DNA of 64,000 nucleotides. Source: Schmidtea polychroa (taxonomy: Eukaryota). Position numbers and translations under genes: made by a program. Below the pieces are notes generated by a model. That model was not told the DNA's origin. It saw nothing but the letters and a program-made list of their open reading frames with translations, and ran no database searches. The stretch is from the NCBI GenBank assembly GCA_044892525.1, contig CM097888.1, positions 14,322,001 through 14,386,000 on the forward strand, given 5' to 3'. This document shows, piece after piece, positions 12,855-25,900 of this stretch; within the stretch, counting starts at the first letter, position 1; each line of letters begins with the position of its first letter.

Positions 12855-13322
12855 ATCATATATTGATTTGTTTGATTGTCTATTTTTGTGTTATGATGTG
12901 TTAGATTAACAATTTAATTTATTATGATAAAAATGGAATCGGGGCTGAAACGAATTATAGTGCAATGAAATGATACGAACTGTCTGAGTTTGAAAGAGAG
13001 TATGTATGAATAAAAACGAACCTAAACGAGTTTGAATGAAAATAAGGTTGAATGAATGTGAAAGAGTGCGGTGAGAAAAGAAAACGGGAATCACTTATTT
13101 TGTTTAGTCTAATTTATTAAATTAAAAAGAGGGATGAAAGGAAGTAATGATAATAAAAGTAAATGATTAAAGTGGAAAATATGACGAGGGAATTCCAAGG
13201 ATGGAATAAAATACAAAAGTTAGAAACATTAACAATAAAAGTCAAACGAAAATTAAATACCAACCTGATAATATCATTAATAATACCCGCAAAACAAATA
13301 ATAACAACACATTTTTTTAGAT

Positions 13323-13802
13323 ATGTCGGAAGCTAGAAAACATCTACAACAGCTAAGCAGATTCATCGACATAGAAAACGATTCTCTAAAGACGTTAAGA
13401 GAAAAACTGCAACAAATAGAGACCCTAGAACAACAACGCCACGATGCACCTCTGATATCAAAACAAAATTATTTAACCAATAAACTGGGAGCAACAAACA
13501 CCGATACCGACTTGTCTACCCATTACCAATGGATGCAGCAACGACTCGACGACCCCGCTCTGAACATCGAATATGTGAGAATACGCGAACAAGTAAAAAC
13601 TTTGTCTCAAAGAATACGAACATCGATAGTAGAGAAAGCAGCGGTCTTAAGAACCTGTAACATTTGTAAGACGCGACCTGCCAAAATTCTAATTCTACCA
13701 TGTGGACACCTTAGCCATTGTGACGAATGTGCCGTCAGTTTAACGCATTGTTCTTTATGTGTATGTGTGATAAAGGAGAAGCACACGATTTACTTCAGTT
13801 AG
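13323..13802 (+). CDS. IAP-type C-terminal RING protein without BIR domains (159 aa)
   Basis: CNICKTRPAKILILPCGHLSHCDECAVSLTHCSLCVCVIKEKHTIYFS* shows XIAP/cIAP-like C3HC4 spacing and terminal aromatic tail, preceded by a coiled coil. Confidence 0.85.
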   Translation: MSEARKHLQQLSRFIDIENDSLKTLREKLQQIETLEQQRHDAPLISKQNYLTNKLGATNTDTDLSTHYQWMQQRLDDPALNIEYVRIREQVKTLSQRIRTSIVEKAAVLRTCNICKTRPAKILILPCGHLSHCDECAVSLTHCSLCVCVIKEKHTIYFS

Positions 13803-14384
13803 CACGCGATCAGCACTCGGTGAAAGAATTGATCTGATTGACGATTTGACTAAATCCTTTATGTTTAATTGATGGGTCAATAATTTTTTAGTAAATGTGT
13901 ATATTGCATGTGGCTTAAGCCAAATAATGAATAAAATGTTTTGTGTGTTCATTTTATTGTGAATTCAGTAACTTTATGATAATTTTCACCATAGAGAGAG
14001 AGCATCAATAAACTTAATTTAAACAAATAATATAAAGTGGAACTAGTCCCAACATAGGGTTAAAGGGGGAATAAACCGAGCCACCTTCGGGAGGTACGTT
14101 ATACAAATGCCGTTTGGGAAGGGACAACCGATCACCCCGAGTAAGAGATGTAAGGCGAGGTACCATCGCGAATATTGAAAAGTTTCTACGGTATGGCTGA
14201 TCACCATACCAATGTGGAAATGGATCAATGCGATCGTTTTGCGTTTTGAGCAAGGGGGGAAAGGGGAAAATATTCTCAAGCGGTGAAGATTAGGTCGACA
14301 AATAAAGTAAAAAATAAAGGAGATGACAGTTTAGAATAAAAGGAGAGGAGGAAATAGAAGCATGCAGATCAGGAGATATTAAGG

Positions 14385-14673
14385 TCGAGTTGTTGAATAG
14401 TCCAACCGGTCAGAAGAAGAAGATTGAGCTGTGAATAGTGCCAGCCAGTCGTAAGATCGAGTTGTTGAATAGTCCAACCGGTCAGAAGAAGAAGATTGAG
14501 CTGTGAATAGTGCCAGCCAGTCGTAAGATCGAGTTGTTGAATAGTCCAACCGGTCAGAAGGAAGAAGATTGAGCTGTTGAATAGTGCCAGCCAGTCGTAA
14601 GATCGAGTTGTTGAATAGTCCAACCGGTCAGGAGAAGAAGATTGAGCTGTTGAAAAGTGCCAGCCAGTCGTAA
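14385..14673. repeat. Tandem array, 4 copies of a 72-74-bp unit in the element leader
   Basis: Units start with TCGAGTTGTTGAATAGTCCAACCGGTCAG at 14385, 14457, 14529 and 14603. No variable spacers. Confidence 0.95.
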
Positions 14674-14957
14674 AGGCCTAAAGTAATAGTGAGATAGCAT
14701 TTAAGCTACAAGTTGATAACATTTAAAAATTACGAGTGAGATAGAATATTAAAGCTAGCTAGAAGCAAATTGAGTTTGAAATATGGAATTTGAATTTAGA
14801 AAGGATCAAACGAGCTCGTAAAAGATGATAGTAAAATTCTTTTAGTAAAGAAGGAGAAAAAGGAAAAGGAAAATGAATTAAGAATAATAGAAACAAAGAA
14901 TAAGTATGAATAGAGAATGAATCAAAGAGGAAATAATTAATTAATTAAAGGGGATCC

Positions 14958-14966
14958 CAGGTAAGT
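14958..14966 (+). promoter_or_regulatory. Consensus 5' splice donor upstream of gag
   Basis: CAG|GTAAGT with GT at 14961. A candidate nearby acceptor is TTTTTCATTGTAG ending at 15393. Confidence 0.5.
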
Positions 14967-16056
14967 AGACAAAAGTTCTACAGAATATTTTTGGTTTAAA
15001 CCGGTTAAACGAATTTTGTTTTGGTTCCAGAGCAGAACCGAGTAAAAGGAAATAGAGATGAAAGATTAAATGAATAAGCGGAACCGCGCAAAAGGATTAA
15101 GGAAAATATGGGGGGTAATAAGCAGTAACTGACAACGACCTATCGATATTATAAATGCTAACTATAGATAATTTATACGACTATATAGATAATTGTTACT
15201 ACCCCAAATAGATAATTAAAAATCGACGAAAACTATGGGTTGATGGGTAATTATATTCCGCGGAGAAGTGTATGAGGGGAAATGAAGAGAAGCATAACAG
15301 AGGCCCAAAAATGGTGTCTGTGCTTGAATGTGGTAAAAAGGAATGATTGATTCGTGTAAGCAAATGCAACACGATATCATTTTTTCATTGTAGATACCCA
15401 TCCAACCAAGTCAATTCAGAACCAGCCCAAAAGGAAGCCAGAGAATATACAAACAACCCAGGAAAAGCAATTCAGAACCCGCATAAAGAAAAACAAGCCA
15501 ATCCGAACACGGAGGACGACAACGACATCTTTACCTACGACGGAATTATCGAAATACTAAGCATCGACGTGATAGCAGCAGTCAATCAAGGACTCAGATA
15601 TCTCCTCCGGAAATCAGCCGAGAAATTACGCGGAATATTCCTCGAAGGAAACACTATCAGAACCAAACTTGACCAATTCAGCAGCCGCTAACCGTAGAAA
15701 AATCCACGTGAAAAGACAGAAAAGAGTAAGAAAGAATCACGGATAAACCCAACCTTAGATCTTCAAGTAAGCCAGGAGACGTATTATTTTCAGGAGACGA
15801 ATTAGATCAACTCAAAAGAGGACGATCATTTAGGCAGCAGAGAGGAATATCACAAGGAGCAAAAAGACCCCACAAAACACCGATATACGATCAAGAAAAC
15901 CCCACAGCCGGACATACGCCCAGTCGATCTAGAAGTAGAGAAAGCCTATCCGATATAACAAACAACCTAACCGGGTCAACAGAAGAATTATCCGTCCATA
16001 GTTTAGCTACATCGCTGGAAAATTTAAAAGGAATAATCGAGTTTCAAGAACCAATC

Positions 16057-16962
16057 ATGACGAATGTGGTAAAAACCGACGAATATAAAGAAAAATTTAG
16101 AGGCGAACCATTCAACGGGAATGCGAACAAGTTGGCAACGTTCATAACAAATTTTGAAGTCTATATCGATGTGTGTGGATGGACATCAGAAGCAATTAGC
16201 AAACGGATGCCGTTGTTTTTATGTGATAGCGCATTAGAAGTGTATCTAGAAGCAAAAGAAAGAAATACGAAGTTAGACAATTGGGAAAGCATCAAAACAT
16301 TTTTGAGAAAAACATTCGGAGCCAGCAAACCAATAAATCAAGCCCTAGGAGAATTAGCGAGTAGAAAACAAAGAGCAAATGAATCCATAACGTTGTATGC
16401 GAGTGAATTGCGAAGATTGGCAAAGAAGGCCATGAACGGAAACTTGCCGGAGGAAAATTTAATTGGTTATTTCATAGAAGGACTGCGCCGAGAAGAGGTA
16501 AGGGCCTCGGTGGGATGTCAAATGTGTAAAACACTAGAGGAAGCCATAGATTGGGCCACGAGATGCGAACTCCACCTCCCGGCACAAATGAATGTCATGC
16601 AAGAGGAAGGAAGAATCGCAACAGCAACGGTAAAAACTGAAAATGGAGAGAACAGCAATCATGAACCAAAAATGAATCAGTTTATACCCGGTGCGCATCA
16701 AATTTTCAAACCACCGCAAGGACGATCAAATGGGAATAACAGTGAACGCAACAACCCGAACAATGGGAATAATTTTAATAATCGACGAAACACGAACGAT
16801 AACAAACAATGCCGAACATGCGGTAAACCAGGACATTGGGATAGAGATTGCTACCGAAACGCAAATTGCAATAGGTGTGGACGACGAGGACACACGGAAA
16901 ATATATGCCAATTAAGAGGATGTTTTAACTGCGGTCAACTAGGTCATATCTCAAGAGACTGT
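16057..16962 (+). CDS. gag: Gag portion: capsid-like domain and three CCHC zinc knuckles
   Basis: PFNG...W...L...A...Y and RKQRANESITLYASELRRLA are retrotransposon gag features. Knuckles CRTCGKPGHWDRDC, CNRCGRRGHTENIC and CFNCGQLGHISRDC span 16810-16962. Confidence 0.92.
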
Positions 16963-19900
16963 CGAGAAAGGAGCCAACAACAACGACCACCACAGCGAAA
17001 TAATAACTATGCACCAAATCCGCAACGACAAAGTAATCCTAGTGAGGGAAAGCAAATGAATGTGATGCAAGAAATTTCACAAATGAAGCAGATGATGCAA
17101 CAAATGATGAGACCGAGACAAGAGCAAGTACCACAACAAACCCAGAATATACGCATGATGAGGAGCACCGAGAATCTTAACAACTATGAAGTACAACAAC
17201 ATGCACAAGAATGGCAAAGACTACAAGCTGAAGAAGAGAGGATAAAAAGAGAGCGAATCCAGCAGCGACAAGAACAACCATTACGAATAAATATGATGAG
17301 AATGGCAAGGGAGATAAAAGAGCAATATTGTTACAATTACGGTAAAAATCCAAGAGTTGTACCTATGAGCGAACCAGAGAAACCGAAAGAAACAATTCCA
17401 GCAGCAAAAAAGGAAAATTCAACAACATCGCTAAAAGGAAATCAGAGAATTCAGAAAATATTTTGGAAAAAGATAAAAGATAAAATCGAAAGAGAAAATG
17501 AAAAAACAAAAACAGAAGCAGAAGCGGAAAATGACGAAAATGAAAAACAGATTAATCATCTAAATCATGATATGATACGAGGATTAGACTCAGAGGAGCT
17601 AACGATACTCGAGAACAAAAAATTAAAGAAAGTACCAAGAATGAGAAATTTACGAATTAATATGATGAGGACAACAAAGAAGGTGTTGTCAACAGATGAC
17701 GATGAGGATTATGTGAGTAGCCTTGGTGGAGAAATGTTACAGTTAAATGAAAATATCGACCAACTAAGAGAAAAGATCGGAGCAGATGAGGATGAAAGTG
17801 AAAGCAACGTGACAAGCGAAAGCGAAGACGAGAATATCGAAATGAAATTGAGAAAAGAAAGAGAAGAAGCGATAAAACAAGTAAAGGAAATACTTCCAGT
17901 GGTGGTAAGAAACCAGGAATTCATTGACATCATACCATACAGACGCTTCACACAAAGGATAATGAAACTAGAAAGAAACGAAAAAGATCTAATACCAAAC
18001 GAGGAAAAAGCGATAATAAAGAAGTATATGGAAAAAATGAAACAAGCGGAGACAACACGCTATGTAATAAAAATCGGAACGAGCAAAGGACTCGAGAGAA
18101 TATGGATAAAAAATGCAGTTACAGACGATCTTTTCGATTGGATAAGAGAACATTTGGGCAGCTCGAGAAAGAAAGAATACCTGTATCAATATCAAGGAGA
18201 ACAAATCAAACCAGACATGCACCTAATAGATGCATTGATCTGGCCAGGAGAAACTCAAATATTGAAATTGCATAAAGAGAAGCAACCAGCGAATATTCAC
18301 GAATGGGCTAAAGACGCCAAGGCCGAGTATGACTTTAACATCAAGCTGAAGCTGGAGCAAATAAAACAATGCACCTTGCGACGAAATCTAGATAAATTAA
18401 TCAAACAAATCCAAGAACAAGTTGAAGATAACTGGGATTTGCTCATAACAAGACGAACTGCAGACATGCATGAACTAATGAGCCGACTGCGAGATACAGA
18501 ACTGCTCAGGATGAGCGATTGGAGAACCATAAATTTGATCCACAAATACGGAAGATTAAAAGAAACGCAACCGCAGAAATTAGAAATAACCATATGGTTA
18601 CCAAATGAGGAGAAACGACGAATAAAGATGAGTAATCAGAGTACGGTGGATGACTTAGTAACCAAGATAAACCAAGAGATAACGGAAAAAGTACGAAGCG
18701 AGAGCAGCGATGGTATGATAGATGACGTAGTCATGATGTACGATAAAATAATACTACGGGCTGAAGACGATACCTCGTTAAGTGAAATGGGAATGTGGGA
18801 TAATCATCAAATCATCAGAATATTGCCCATGGACGAATTCCGAACAAGAGATGTAACATACCAGAAAGAAATACGAGACAGGATGAAAACGCTATATCAA
18901 AAATCAGTAGAGATAATTGAAATTCATCAACAGTGGCTAAAAGAAAAAGAGCTTCAAGGAAAAATAAAGAAACTAAGTGTTAGATCCTGCAGACGAACCC
19001 CATGGGAAAGGATGTGGAATGCGGAAAACAAAGAATGGGAAATCAGGAAAGGGATTTTCGTGGAAACAGACATTGGTGAGATAGAAAGCGAATCAGAAGA
19101 AGAGGAAGATGAACCTCCAAAATACGAAGAGGACGAAATAAAATCGACATCGGACGACGAAAGCGAAACGGATGTTACGTCAGAAAGTGAAACGGAAACC
19201 AGGCATATTCATGCGATGAGAAAGAAGGAACGCGAATACGCCGACATAGACGGGGAAGAGGCAAAAGAAGCGAGAGAACGAGAAGAGAAGGAAAGATATA
19301 AACAATTAGGTGATATCTTAGCAACGGGAGCAAAAAATCAAAAACGTCAAGTAATAGCATTGGCTAACATCATCCTAAAGACATCAGAGAATATCCACAA
19401 TCTAAGAGAAATGGCGAAAGCGATTGAGGAATACCGACAATATAACGAATGGTACCCAGAACAGCTAGAACAAATTATTAGGAAATGGAGAAACCAAGAA
19501 TGGGCACAAGATACCCAGGAAAGGTATCGTATCCGAGTCAAGTATCCCGACAAAAGCATTGAGGATATAGAAGTACATCCAACAACAAAGATCAGAGAGT
19601 TAAAAAAGAAATTAGCATACGAAACTCCATTTCACCTACAACTATTCGGAAAATCGTTGGATGATAATGCAGATGTCGGAATAACACCCATGAGATTGGG
19701 GGAGATCAATGTATTGACAATGGCAGAAACATTGGGAAAACCGATTAAAAGGAAGAGCAAATCAAGTAAACCTACGAAAGGTAGCTTGAGTACACCAAGC
19801 CCTAACAAAGTAGCGAGTAAATCGAATGAAACCGAGGAAATCGAGGAAATTATATTGGAAGACAGCGATGAAGGAGCGGGAGAAAGATCACCAATTCTGG

Positions 19901-22900
19901 TAAGATGGCCGACAGGAGCCGAAATATGGACAACGAGCCAACCATCAACTAGCTATCAACAACCACATAAACTGAACATAGAGGAAATTATCGATAATAC
20001 AACAGAAACCGAAACCGACGAACAATTCCAACGACAGAAAGGACCAACGAAAGCAACACCAGAAGGTCAAACAGACAAAATAATAGACGAATGGAACGAA
20101 TGGCTGAGAAACAACGATAGCTCATTGCCCAGAACAGATAATGAGAGAAACCCGAAGTATGAAACGACAAGAGAAGCCGGAACAATGATGGAAAAACGGG
20201 CAAAAGGAAGACCTAGGAAGCAAGGAGAAAAACCAGAATTCAAAACTAGAGAACAACTGAAACAAGAACAAGGACAAGTCAGATTAGAGAAACTGGATAA
20301 AATAGTGTGGGACTTAAAAGAAGCTCAACCAACAATCGAGAGAGGCGAAAAATGGATACGAGAGCTAGTAAAAGATATGCTAATAATAACGAACCCACAA
20401 TTGCGACGGTTATGGCAACGAAAAGTAGCAAGCGTAGATGCCAGACAACTATGGAATACAATATCCGGAATAATTCCGAAATTAATCAAAGAGAAGACAA
20501 AAACCACTAAAACCGATTGGGAAGAGACAAGAAGAGTAATTGAACAATTAACTTTAAACGCAAACGACGACGAACATCATTTAGTAGTATTAACGTATCT
20601 AATGTACAATTTGATGGGATTAGCAGCAAGGAAAATACCTAACAAACAATTCGCAAATCATGTAGAAATGACCGTTACAATCATTGAAAATACAATCGAA
20701 CCACATATTATCCGCGCCGGTGGGTGGAAAAGACTCATACAAGCGCCACGAAAAAACGAGCAAGAGAGATCAATGCAAATTCGGTTGAAGAAATTGCTAA
20801 ACGAGCTGGAATGGGAATTACCATTGAAAGACCCAGCCAGCAGAAAAGCGTCGATTAATTCACTAATGATGACCATGATGATATGGATGCTCTGCACTAG
20901 TGGAGCCGCGGGATTTACTATTTACGACTGTGACAATTCAATAATAGGAGAAAGATACTCCCTGAGAGATATAGAGGAATGTAGACAGGCATCTCCGAAT
21001 AAATTAGATATAGTAAAAAAGAAAGTCTCCTATCACGTATACCAAGAATCAGATTTCATTAGAACGCAAGCTAGAGAATGCGTAGTATCGAAGAAAGTGT
21101 TGGCATACTACTGTGGACAATACTCATATTCAACCCTTATATTACCGGGATTAGATAAAGAAATAGTACCTATACAACGGGAAGACTGTAAAGAACTTTT
21201 TAGAACCGGAGCGATGAGAATCAGGGATGGAGTAACCATACACGGACAAAGCGGAATGATCAAGACGGAAAGTATCTATGTAGCCGGACGAGTAAAATCA
21301 ACTGATGGATCATGTAACGGAGGCACATATACGATCAGAGGAGAAGTGATCTCGGGAGTAGTAGTAATTGAGTCCTACACAGTGGAGTTGAAGGAATACG
21401 AAGCACAATTCGACGCAAACAACTATCAAATGAAAACCAACCCAGCATGCAGAGCTACGGAAAACGTGTGTAGAACGGGAATTTCGACTATAATATATGA
21501 AGCTAACACCCAAAAATGCCGACTGCAATTGTTAAAAAGTGCTCTATTCAATGAAGTAAAAGGAGAAATTTACGAAAACGAGGATGACGATGAAGAGAAT
21601 GGGAACGTAAGGATGCGAAATGGGAAACCAGTCCCGCCATCCCCCAAAGAAAAGAGACTCACAACCCAAAAAACACCAACGGCATTAATTACAGATGATC
21701 CGGACATCGGCATGAGATTCATTAGAGAAAAAGAGACCACCAAATGTGACAGCATAGTATATCGGACGAACTACGCAGGTATCTACATGTCAAGGCAAGT
21801 AATAGACCGAGCAGTGGGAAAGGTAGCAACAGAGGACGTAAAATTGTACCTGTACGCTAATAACAAAATGGACTTTTTATTTCATCGAGGACAAACGACA
21901 ATGCAAAAAGTGTATTACGATCTTATACAAAATGACTGTTCATTGAATAAAGAGATACTAAAAACAAAATTAGCTATCGCAATAACACACCCAGATAACA
22001 CAATGCCATCACTCCCGTTACCGGATGGACATTTTGGTAGAATGGTGGGAGAGGTAATGTATACATATGCATGTACCAAGACATTTGCGCGACTGCCAAG
22101 AAAGCCCACAATTCCACCAGGGAAATGTGCAAACGAATTAGAAATTAGCTACAAAGGGCGGAACAGATTCGTTCAACCAGTCACTCGAATTATGAACCCA
22201 ATTGGATTTTATCCGAACACCTTTAACTGTTCAAATGCATACGGACCGTTATATGAAAAACCCGATGGGAAATGGATAATGTTACCGGTAAAAACCGAAG
22301 TACAAGAACCTAAAAAGTTTGGATTAATAGAACTCGCAACAGAGCAAGACTTCAAACCAATTGATGTGTCAAAAGCGGGTATGTACTCACCAGAGGATTT
22401 AGAAACGGCACGATTAAACGTATTATTCCCAGCAAGGCGAGAATCCATTCTATCAAATATGGTTACCATAACTGGGGGAACGAATTTCCAGTCAGGCCCC
22501 AATTACGAACTATTATTGTCACCCGATCATTTTCAACAAGCCACGTCAAACATGATGAAAGCAATGTGGGGAAGATTTCTAGTGTTCGGTCAAATGATGG
22601 CAGGAATATTGGGAATCATCTTAATTATCCAGATTGTTAGAGTGATATTGACTCAAATGCTAGCGTGTTTTGATATCTATAAGAGAGAAAAGAAAGTAAA
22701 TTGGAAGTTGATAGTAGGTTTTCTACCATTTTTGGCAAAAACAATGGTGTTGCACGGTCATTCTAAAGATATACACAGAATAAAACGATTAATCAAAATA
22801 CTGACAAAAATAAAAGGGACTGACGAGGAGGTCGGTAGACGATTTCGGAAAACAATGTATGATGAAGCAACAAGGACGCAACTGAAAAAGAACAAACCAA

Positions 22901-25900
22901 AATTTTTGGACAGATTTAGAAATCGGTCAAACAGCAGCGATAGCGATGATGACGACAACGGGAATGACAAATACCCATATCCAAGTAGAAACCCGAATGA
23001 AAAGCCAATAGAAACAGCGCCATATTGGGAGAAAGAAAAAACAAATACCTGGATAACCAACGGAAGTTATATACCACCAGATATCGTTGGACAACAAACA
23101 GCTTTGACCATGACACAAAATATGTATCCACAGTTACCAAGTCAACCAGGGATGAACTATATGCCGAACCGAAGAACGAAAAGCGTAGACCAAGCGGATG
23201 ACGTAAGAACGATAGCAGTGATGAGTTCACCAGGAGGCGCGGCAGTAACAGTCATGATCCAAATCAACGGGAAAGAGACAAGCGCAATGATAGATACCGG
23301 AGCAAATGTATCAGCAATAGCAATCAACCAAATACCCAGTAAATGTTGGAAAGACATCGAACAAACAACTATCCATATCATCGCATGCAGTAAAGAAACC
23401 GTAGACGTAGTAGGAAGATGGTGGACTACGTTAAGATATCAAGATAACGAAATTGAAACGTATCTAGCGGTGATACCCAAACTGAGTGAACCATGTATAA
23501 TCGGAACGGATTTAATGCCAGAATTGTTCAAGGAAGTAGTGATCGATTTAACAACAATGTGTCTAAAGGACAAAACGGGTAGAATATGCAAGATGAACGC
23601 AATAATTAGATGTCCGGAGAAAATAATTGTACCAGCAAAATCACAGATGATATGTCAAATAAAAGTGGATGCAGGAATGGAAGGAGAAGTCATTTTTGAG
23701 CCAAGCAAATCATTCGAAAAACGACGAGAATTACCATTAGCAAGAGAAATAATAACAATAAATGAAGACGGGGAAATACCAATCAACATCACAAATTTCG
23801 AGGAAGAAGATAAAATCATATATGAAAATGAAAGATTGGGTAGATTGACACCCATGATAGACATCGAATTACCAAAAATCACCAACGAAACAACGAAAGC
23901 TGACGAATTATGGATAATTGACAGCACCTTGCTAACGGAAAAAGAAAAGGAAAGACTTCAACAATTATTGATAGAATATAAAGATATATTCGCAATTTCG
24001 GATTTAGATTTGGGAGCATGCGATGTTACATTACACGCAATACCATTAATAGACGAAACTCCAATCGCACTACGTCCATACAAACTAGCAGAGAAGCAAA
24101 AAGAGATAGCCGAAGCAGAAGTACAAAAAATGCTAGATGCACAAGTGATCGAACCAAGTTGTTCGCCATGGCAATTTCCCGTAGTCATGGTGAAGAAAAA
24201 AGATGGTACTCAGAGATTCTGTATCGATTATCGGAAATTAAATGCAGTAACAAAAAGAGACACATACCCGTTACCAGACATCAATGAGATGTTACTTATG
24301 TTACAGGGGGCCGCATATTTTACATCTTTAGATCTGAAAAGCGGATATTGGCAGATCAAAGTCAAAGAGGAAGACAAAGAGAAAACAGCATTCACATTGG
24401 GCCGAGATCTATACCAATTCAGGAAAATGCCGTTCGGACTGACCAATGCCCCAGCATCATTCCAGAGATGTATGAATTTTGTCACACATGGGATCAAGCA
24501 GTGTATGGTATATATTGATGATTTATTAATATATTCAGCAACATTCGAACAACATTTGGAAGATATCAGAAACGTGTTCGTTCGATTACGACAATGGAAA
24601 TTGAAACTCAAACCATCCAAATGTGATTGGGCAAAAGAAAAGGTTACGTTCTTAGGACACATAGTGTCAGCAAAAGGCAAAGAACCAGATCCAAGAAACA
24701 TAGAAAAAATAAAAACATGTCCAGCACCAAAAACTGTCACCCAAGTTCAAGAATTTCTCGGATTATGCGGATATTATCGAAAATTCATCAAAAACTATGC
24801 AGGTATTGCGAAACCAATACAGGACTTAGTGAAAAAGGATATTTCATTTATTTGGGGTGCAGAACAACAAAAAGCATTTGAGACATTGCGAGATAAATTA
24901 ATTGAAGCTCCAATACTGGTACATCCTGATTTCAAGAAACCGTTCTTATTAGCAACAGATGCAAGTGGATATGCAGCCGGAGCAATATTAGGACAACTGG
25001 ATGAAGAGGGAAAAGAAAGAGTGATTGGATACTACAGTAGAACGTTTAAAAAGCATGAGAAAAACTATTCCGTAACCGAGAGAGAAGCATTAGCAATTAT
25101 ACAAGCGATTAAACATTTTCGATATTTGTTGTGGGGACACGAAATATGTATCACAACAGATCATCAACCACTAGTATGGCTTGGCCAACACAAAGAAGCT
25201 TCAAGTAGATTGATGCGATGGGCAATGCAGTTACAAGAATATTCACCGTTCATAAAATTCAAAGCGGGAAGAGCGAATGCCAATGCGGATTGTATGTCCA
25301 GATTTATCTTTCCAGATTTAGTAGATCACGAAACGCAACGAATATGTCTGATGGTAGCAGAAGATCTAGATTTTTGCCAATTACGGAAAGACCAACAAGA
25401 GGATACAGAGTTGAAGCAAATCATTGAATATGTGAAAACAGGGAAAGCAGAGGTATATGAGAAAGATCAAAAATTGAAGGAGCATATGGATAAACATCGA
25501 CATCGATATATTATCGAGAAAGACTGGTTGTTGATAATGGATGGAGAAAAAAGACTGATGTGCATCCCCGAGAATAGACGTAAAGAGCTGCTAACACAAT
25601 ACCATGACGGAAGACTCGGAGGACATATGTCATCTAAAAAGACGTTGGCACGAATGAAACAAAAGTATTTTTGGCCTACATTGACCGAGGATGTAACGGA
25701 ATGGGTGAAAAATTGCATAACTTGCGCAACCAGAAAAAACACGGGAACCAAATGGAAGGCACCATTAAAGCCAATGCCAGTACCAGCAGAACCAATGACC
25801 ATGATATCAATGGACGTGGTCGGTCCACTACCAGAATCAGATAGAGGAAATATATATATATTGGTAATCACAGACTATTTGACGAAATTCCCCGAAGCAT

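Noticed and set aside
14385-14673. CRISPR-like appearance of the tandem array
   Set aside because: Whole units repeat with no unique spacers, there are no cas genes, and the context is eukaryotic.
15347-15691. 114-aa ORF upstream of gag
   Set aside because: It starts at TTG, and no in-frame ATG exon could be built using the 14961 donor and 15393 acceptor. It is left as probable leader sequence, although coding-like composition is noted.
21640-21660. Furin site in Env (PKEKR)
   Set aside because: It lacks the P4 Arg of R-x-K/R-R, so it is not supportable.
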